A stretch of 64,000 nucleotides of DNA from Bacillota bacterium (GTDB taxonomy: Bacteria; Bacillota; JAAYKD01). The translations under genes and the position numbers were made by a program. Below the pieces are notes generated by a model. That model did not search any database and was not told the origin of the DNA. It saw nothing but the letters and a program-made list of their open reading frames with translations. The stretch spans positions 2,304,001 through 2,368,000 of the forward strand of contig OY762825.2 in the NCBI GenBank assembly GCA_963666425.2, given 5' to 3'. Positions 59,280 through 64,000 of the stretch are shown one piece after another (position 1 is the stretch's first letter; every line of letters starts with the position of its first letter).

Positions 59280-61010
59280 ATGAAGAACGAAAGAAATAAG
59301 AATCGGAACAGTACACCAAAGCCTGCACCGACATACAGAAAACCAGCCTCCACCGACAAACGAAGCGGTGTAAGTTATGGTGACAAGTATCAAAGTGCAA
59401 ATTCCGCTGTGAAACGCAGCGAAGATAGTTTTGAGAAAAGGCCATTTGGTGCAAAGCAAGCGGATCCCCGTACTGAAGGTGGCTATGTAAAGAAGAGTTA
59501 TGGCGATCACCAAGCTGCTGCTCCGCGCAGCGAAGATGGTTACGCCAAGAAAACTTATGGTGAGAAGCCAGCTACCTCACGCAGTGAGGGGGCTTATGCC
59601 AAGAAACCCTATGGTGATCGACCGACTGCTCCGCGCAGCGAAGGTGGTTACGCCAAGAAGCCTTACGGTGAAAAGCCAACGGCCCCGCGCAGCGAAGGCG
59701 GTTACGCCAAGAAGACTTATGGCGATCGTCCGGCTGCCCCGCGCAGCGAAGGCGGTTACGCCAAGAAGCCTTACGGTGAAAAGCCAACGGCTCCGCGCAG
59801 TGAAGATGGTTACGCCAAGAAACCATATGGCGAAAGGCCAACAACCCTACACAGCGAAGACGATTACGCCAAGAAACCTTACGGAGAAAGGCCAACTACC
59901 TTACGCAGCGAAGACGATTACGTCAAGAAACCTTACGGTGAAAGGCCAACTGCTCCGCGCAGCGGAGACGGTTACGCCAAGAAGCCATACGGCAAAAGGT
60001 CAACTGCTCCGCGCAGCGAAGGCGCATACATCAAGAAACCTTATGGCGAAAAACCAACTGCTCCGCGCAGCGAAAATGACGAGTTGGATCACAAGGAAAC
60101 GGCTCGCCCTGAGCGGGTACGCAAACTCTACCCTGTGCGCGTGCAGCCAAAGAAACTCATCCGGCAAGCCCAGCCCGCGCTGCAACCGGAAATGCCGCTC
60201 AGCACAGACTGGCAGGACGTAGCAGGCTGGTATAATTCCTTGGTTGGTCAGCAGGGCAGTGAGTATCACCAAAGAGTCATCCTGCCCGGAGTCGAACGGA
60301 TGCTGAAAGAAACCGGCAGTAGTTTTGAAGAAACGAAAATACTGGATTTGGCTTGCGGACAGGGTGTTTTATGCCGCCGTTTGGCCGGCGCCGGCGCCAG
60401 AGTAACCGGTGTTGATTTAGCGGCAGATATGTTGGAATTGGCTAAAACCTACCAACGGGAAGGCGTCAAGCAAGTCACTTATTTGCAGGGCGATGCCACT
60501 AACTTAATCGATGAAAACGGTCATCTGCGTTTGGGACTGCAGCCCGGCAGCTTTGATGCCGTGACCAGTGTGCTTTCCATTCAGAATATGAGCCCCTTGA
60601 GCGGTGTATGGCAGGCAGCCTATCAACTGCTCAAACCGGGCGGTGCTTTAATTGTGGTGATGATGCATCCCTGTTTCCGGATCCCGCAGCGCAGCGACTG
60701 GCAGTGGCAGCAGAAAGATCAGCGTCAGGTCCGCACGCTCTGGAGTTATCTCAGCAGTGAAGAAATGCGGATCAGCGCTCATCCGGGTAAAGAAGCCGCC
60801 GGAGAAGAAAGCGCCAGTACGATTCATTTCCATCGTCCGCTGCAGGCTTATATCAATACTTTAGGTAATGCCGGTTTGTTGGTGGAGCACTGTGAAGAAT
60901 GGGTCAGCCATAAAAAGGAACAGGAAAGCGCTAAAAAAACGGCTTTGGACCTTGCTCGCAGCGAATTCCCCATGTTTTTGGCATTAAAATGCCGTAAAAT
61001 CGGGGTATAA
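59280..61010 (+). CDS. Class I SAM-dependent methyltransferase with long repetitive N-terminal extension
   Basis: ILDLACGQG, HPCFRIP, FHRPL; N-terminal 18-aa tandem repeats. Confidence 0.85.
   Translation: MKNERNKNRNSTPKPAPTYRKPASTDKRSGVSYGDKYQSANSAVKRSEDSFEKRPFGAKQADPRTEGGYVKKSYGDHQAAAPRSEDGYAKKTYGEKPATSRSEGAYAKKPYGDRPTAPRSEGGYAKKPYGEKPTAPRSEGGYAKKTYGDRPAAPRSEGGYAKKPYGEKPTAPRSEDGYAKKPYGERPTTLHSEDDYAKKPYGERPTTLRSEDDYVKKPYGERPTAPRSGDGYAKKPYGKRSTAPRSEGAYIKKPYGEKPTAPRSENDELDHKETARPERVRKLYPVRVQPKKLIRQAQPALQPEMPLSTDWQDVAGWYNSLVGQQGSEYHQRVILPGVERMLKETGSSFEETKILDLACGQGVLCRRLAGAGARVTGVDLAADMLELAKTYQREGVKQVTYLQGDATNLIDENGHLRLGLQPGSFDAVTSVLSIQNMSPLSGVWQAAYQLLKPGGALIVVMMHPCFRIPQRSDWQWQQKDQRQVRTLWSYLSSEEMRISAHPGKEAAGEESASTIHFHRPLQAYINTLGNAGLLVEHCEEWVSHKKEQESAKKTALDLARSEFPMFLALKCRKIGV
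59416..60075 (+). repeat. Intragenic 54-bp (18-aa) tandem repeat, about 12 units
   Basis: Consensus RSEGGYAKKPYGE(K/R)PTAP; frame-preserving, with many synonymous changes. Confidence 0.92.
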
Positions 61011-61015
61011 TCATC

Positions 61016-61501
61016 TTGAGCGGCAACGAGAAACCCATGCAGTCAGTGACAGTCGATCAGGATTTAATCTACCGAGGTTCGTTGGGACGTTGCGTTACTG
61101 CAATCGGAGTCGACTATGTTTCGGTTGCTCGCGTAGCCGCGGCCTTAATGAAATTACAGGAGAAATTCGCAAAAGCCGTCTTGACTGAAGCCGAATGGAA
61201 GACTTGGCAGGACGACGGTTTGCTTTTGTCAGCAGAGCATCTGGCGGGCCGCTGGGCAGCTAAGGAAGCGGTGGCGAAAACCCTAGGCAGCGGCTTTATT
61301 CAAGGCATAACCTGGAAGAATATTGAGATACATCATGACGTAGCCGGTGCGCCGCAGGTGGTTCTCAACGGAGCCGCTGCACAACTGGCAGAGGAAAAAG
61401 GCATTACACAGTGGCTGATCAGCATCAGCCATGATAAGGAAATGGCTGTCGCTTTTGTTGAAGCCCTGGCTGAACCGCAGAACAGCAGCCGGCTTTTCTA
61501 G
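61016..61501 (+). CDS. acpS: Holo-ACP synthase
   Basis: IGVDYV, AGRWAAKEAVAK.LG.G, GAP, ISISHD; upstream of alr. Confidence 0.9.
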   Translation: MSGNEKPMQSVTVDQDLIYRGSLGRCVTAIGVDYVSVARVAAALMKLQEKFAKAVLTEAEWKTWQDDGLLLSAEHLAGRWAAKEAVAKTLGSGFIQGITWKNIEIHHDVAGAPQVVLNGAAAQLAEEKGITQWLISISHDKEMAVAFVEALAEPQNSSRLF

Positions 61502-61524
61502 AACAGCCGAAGGAGGCGGGTTCG

Positions 61525-62646
61525 ATGCGGCCAACTTGGGCAGAAATCGATTTGGTTGCTTTAGCCCATAATGTCATCAGAGTCAGATCGTTGCTGCCAA
61601 AGCATTGCCAATTGATGGCGGTGATCAAGGCGGATGCCTACGGGCACGGGGCGCTGCAGGTCGCGTATGGCGCCCTGGCAGCCGGAGCCGATCTGTTCGG
61701 CGTAGCTACCGTAGAAGAAGCGATCTTGCTGCGGCATGGCGGTATCAAGGCACCGATACTGGTGCTCGGTTACGTCGCGCCGGAAGCGGCTTGGCAGGTG
61801 GCGCGCGATGATATTACGGCCTGCGTTTTTTCGCTCGAATTAGCGAATAAACTGCAGGATGCGGCCTCCGCCGCCGGTAAAATCATTCCGGTTCATCTAA
61901 AAGTGGATACCGGCATGAGACGTATCGGCGTTGAGGACAATGCCGATGGCGTCGCCTTCGCTGTGCAATTGAGTAAATATCCGAATTTACAGCTGCAGGG
62001 TTTGTTCAGTCATTTTGCAGCGGCAGAAGAAGAAGATGCTGCACCTGCTTTGCGGCAGCTGCAGCGCTTTCAAGACTTCGCTGCTGCTCTCACAGCAGCC
62101 GGAGTGATAATCCCGGTTTTGCATATCGCCAATACAGCGGCGATTTTCCGTTTCCCGCAAAGTCATTACGATCTGGTCCGCCTTGGCGTTGGCATGTACG
62201 GCGCTTATCCGTCCAATTTTATCCCGCATCCCTTCCCGCTGGAACCGGTAATGACCTTAAAGAGTCATGTTATTCTGCTGAAAAAAATCGCGGTCGGAAC
62301 GTCGGTCAGCTATAACGGGATTTGGCAGGCAAAGCAAGAGACTTTAATTGGCACCTTGCCCATTGGCTATGCCGACGGATTGGCCAGAAGCTTCAGCAAC
62401 TGTGGTCAGGTCGCCATTCGCGGCCAGCTGGCTCCGATTATCGGGCGGGTTTGCATGGATCAATGTATGATCGATGTCTCTCAAGTAACCGGGGTACGGG
62501 TGGGAGATGAAGCCGTCATTTTTGGCCAAGCCGATCCGGACCGCAATGCCTTGCCGGTGGCGGAAGAGGTTGGCGCCATTCCTCATGAGCTGATGGCTTG
62601 TGTCAGCAAAAGAGTACCGCGTTTTTATCGGGAGTATCTTCCTTAG
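61525..62646 (+). CDS. alr: Alanine racemase
   Basis: AVIKADAYGHG, HLKVDTGM.R.G, GYADG, GRVCMDQ. Confidence 0.96.
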   Translation: MRPTWAEIDLVALAHNVIRVRSLLPKHCQLMAVIKADAYGHGALQVAYGALAAGADLFGVATVEEAILLRHGGIKAPILVLGYVAPEAAWQVARDDITACVFSLELANKLQDAASAAGKIIPVHLKVDTGMRRIGVEDNADGVAFAVQLSKYPNLQLQGLFSHFAAAEEEDAAPALRQLQRFQDFAAALTAAGVIIPVLHIANTAAIFRFPQSHYDLVRLGVGMYGAYPSNFIPHPFPLEPVMTLKSHVILLKKIAVGTSVSYNGIWQAKQETLIGTLPIGYADGLARSFSNCGQVAIRGQLAPIIGRVCMDQCMIDVSQVTGVRVGDEAVIFGQADPDRNALPVAEEVGAIPHELMACVSKRVPRFYREYLP

Positions 62647-62824
62647 CAGCCAGCAAGCCCGAATCAAAGTGTGGCAAAAAAACCGTTTCTGTAAGAGAAA
62701 ACGGTTTTTTTATTTTGTCAGCCGGCTGAATCGAGCAAAAAGAAGGAATTAATCGCAAGCAGAGCGTATTTTAGAAAAGAAAATGAGGTTGAGAAAATCT
62801 CAAAACACAGAGGAGGACTATTTC

Positions 62825-63532
62825 ATGAAGAAACCACTGATTGGCGTAACAATCAATTTTGATGAAAGTACATTCGTTTACAGCGTCAACCAAACCTATG
62901 TCAAATCGGTATCCAAAGCGGGTGGAATTCCTGTTCTGATCAGTTATACCAATGAAGACGATGTGGATGCGCTGGCGAAAAGACTGGATGGTTTTGTATT
63001 CACCGGTGGCCCCGATATGGATCCTGCTTTCTTTGGCGAAGAACCGGTTCCGGGCATTGGCGGTATCAATCCCACCCGTGATTCTTATGAAATGAAACTG
63101 GCTGCTGCTGTGATGAAAACCGGCAAACCGATCCTGGCAATCTGCCGCGGCTGCCAACTCTTAAACGTTGCTTGCGGCGGAACGCTGATTCAGGATATCT
63201 ACAGCCAATATAAAGCGGATAATTTGATTAAGCATGTGCAGGTAGCGCCAAGATGGCATACCTCTCATTCTGTCAACTTAATGCCCAACACCCAGTTTGC
63301 AGAGATTTTCCCGGGCAAGACAGTGATCAAAGTCAATTCCTACCATCATCAGGCCATCAAAAAATTGGCACCCGGCTGGATTCTCGCCGCCCAGGCGCCT
63401 GATGGCATTATCGAAGCTGCTGAAGCCAGCAATTATCCGTTCCTGTTGGCAACCCAGTGGCATCCGGAATGCTTCTTTGAATTTACAAATTTCGATTTGT
63501 TGTTCAAGAAGTTTGTCAAAGCCTGCAAATAA
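62825..63532 (+). CDS. Gamma-glutamyl-gamma-aminobutyrate hydrolase family (peptidase C26)
   Basis: TGGPD, ICRGCQ, VNSYHHQ, QWHPE. Confidence 0.9.
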   Translation: MKKPLIGVTINFDESTFVYSVNQTYVKSVSKAGGIPVLISYTNEDDVDALAKRLDGFVFTGGPDMDPAFFGEEPVPGIGGINPTRDSYEMKLAAAVMKTGKPILAICRGCQLLNVACGGTLIQDIYSQYKADNLIKHVQVAPRWHTSHSVNLMPNTQFAEIFPGKTVIKVNSYHHQAIKKLAPGWILAAQAPDGIIEAAEASNYPFLLATQWHPECFFEFTNFDLLFKKFVKACK

Positions 63533-64000
63533 TGAGCATAACAAAGCGTCCCCGCGCCCGTGACGTGGGGATTTCTTTCGGGTTTTTACCGACCGGAGCC
63601 AACAACGCCATAACGGATGTGGCGGGTGTGCAGGTGGGACATTGTACGCTGATTGCAGGCGAAGGGGTGCGTAAACCCGGTATCGGCCCGATCCGGACCG
63701 GTGTGACGGCAATCCTGCCGCATACCGGCGATTTATTTGAAGATAAGGTAGCCGGTGTGGTGCATGTGATCAACGGCTTTGGCAAAGCGATGGGGATCGC
63801 TCAGGTGCAGGAGCTGGGGACGATTGAAACACCGATCTTACTGACCAATACACTGAATGTGGGTTTAGCGGCGGATGCGCTGATCAGCTGGATGATCGAG
63901 CATAACCCTTCCATCCTCTCTCTCAATCCATTGGTGGGCGAATGCAATGACAGCAGCCTGAATGATATCCAGGGCCGTCATGTGCACAAGGAGCATGTTT
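63532..64000 (+). CDS. P1/S58 family aminopeptidase (DmpA-like), runs off the window
   Basis: Manual translation: NAITDVAGVQVGH, RTGVTAILP, NGFGK..G..Q..ELG.IETPILLTNT, VGECND. Confidence 0.88.
   Translation, partial: MSITKRPRARDVGISFGFLPTGANNAITDVAGVQVGHCTLIAGEGVRKPGIGPIRTGVTAILPHTGDLFEDKVAGVVHVINGFGKAMGIAQVQELGTIETPILLTNTLNVGLAADALISWMIEHNPSILSLNPLVGECNDSSLNDIQGRHVHKEHV

Noticed and set aside
59416-60075. 54-bp periodic repeat as CRISPR or a non-coding array
   Set aside because: There are no unique spacers; variation is largely synonymous and preserves the frame inside a CDS

Overview
Low-to-mid GC Firmicute (Bacillota)-type chromosomal window, probably from an anaerobe. Core content: an NfnB/GltD-like oxidoreductase, ispE, purR-rplY-pth-mfd-PPIase-flippase-mazG-S4-divIC, three tRNAs, a complete type IV pilus cluster, oadG/oadB-like decarboxylase subunits, ftsH, acpS, alr and two peptidase genes. 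Four accessory features stand out. (1) A ~9.4 kb island starts 42 bp after tRNA-Lys(CTT) and is divided into gene modules by four near-perfect 54-62 bp palindromes. Several genes are cut at or abut the palindromes, and a serine-recombinase remnant follows the first one. (2) An arsR-arsM-arsR operon continues into an HdrA-like protein, a ferredoxin, a DGC-domain/lipoyl-carrier fusion and two more DGC proteins. (3) A dlt-like surface acylation cluster carries an extra PLP-dependent decarboxylase. (4) An unannotated Tyr/Phe-rich leader peptide with a terminator precedes an ABC transporter, suggesting ribosome-mediated attenuation. All family calls are from motif recognition by eye, not database searches.
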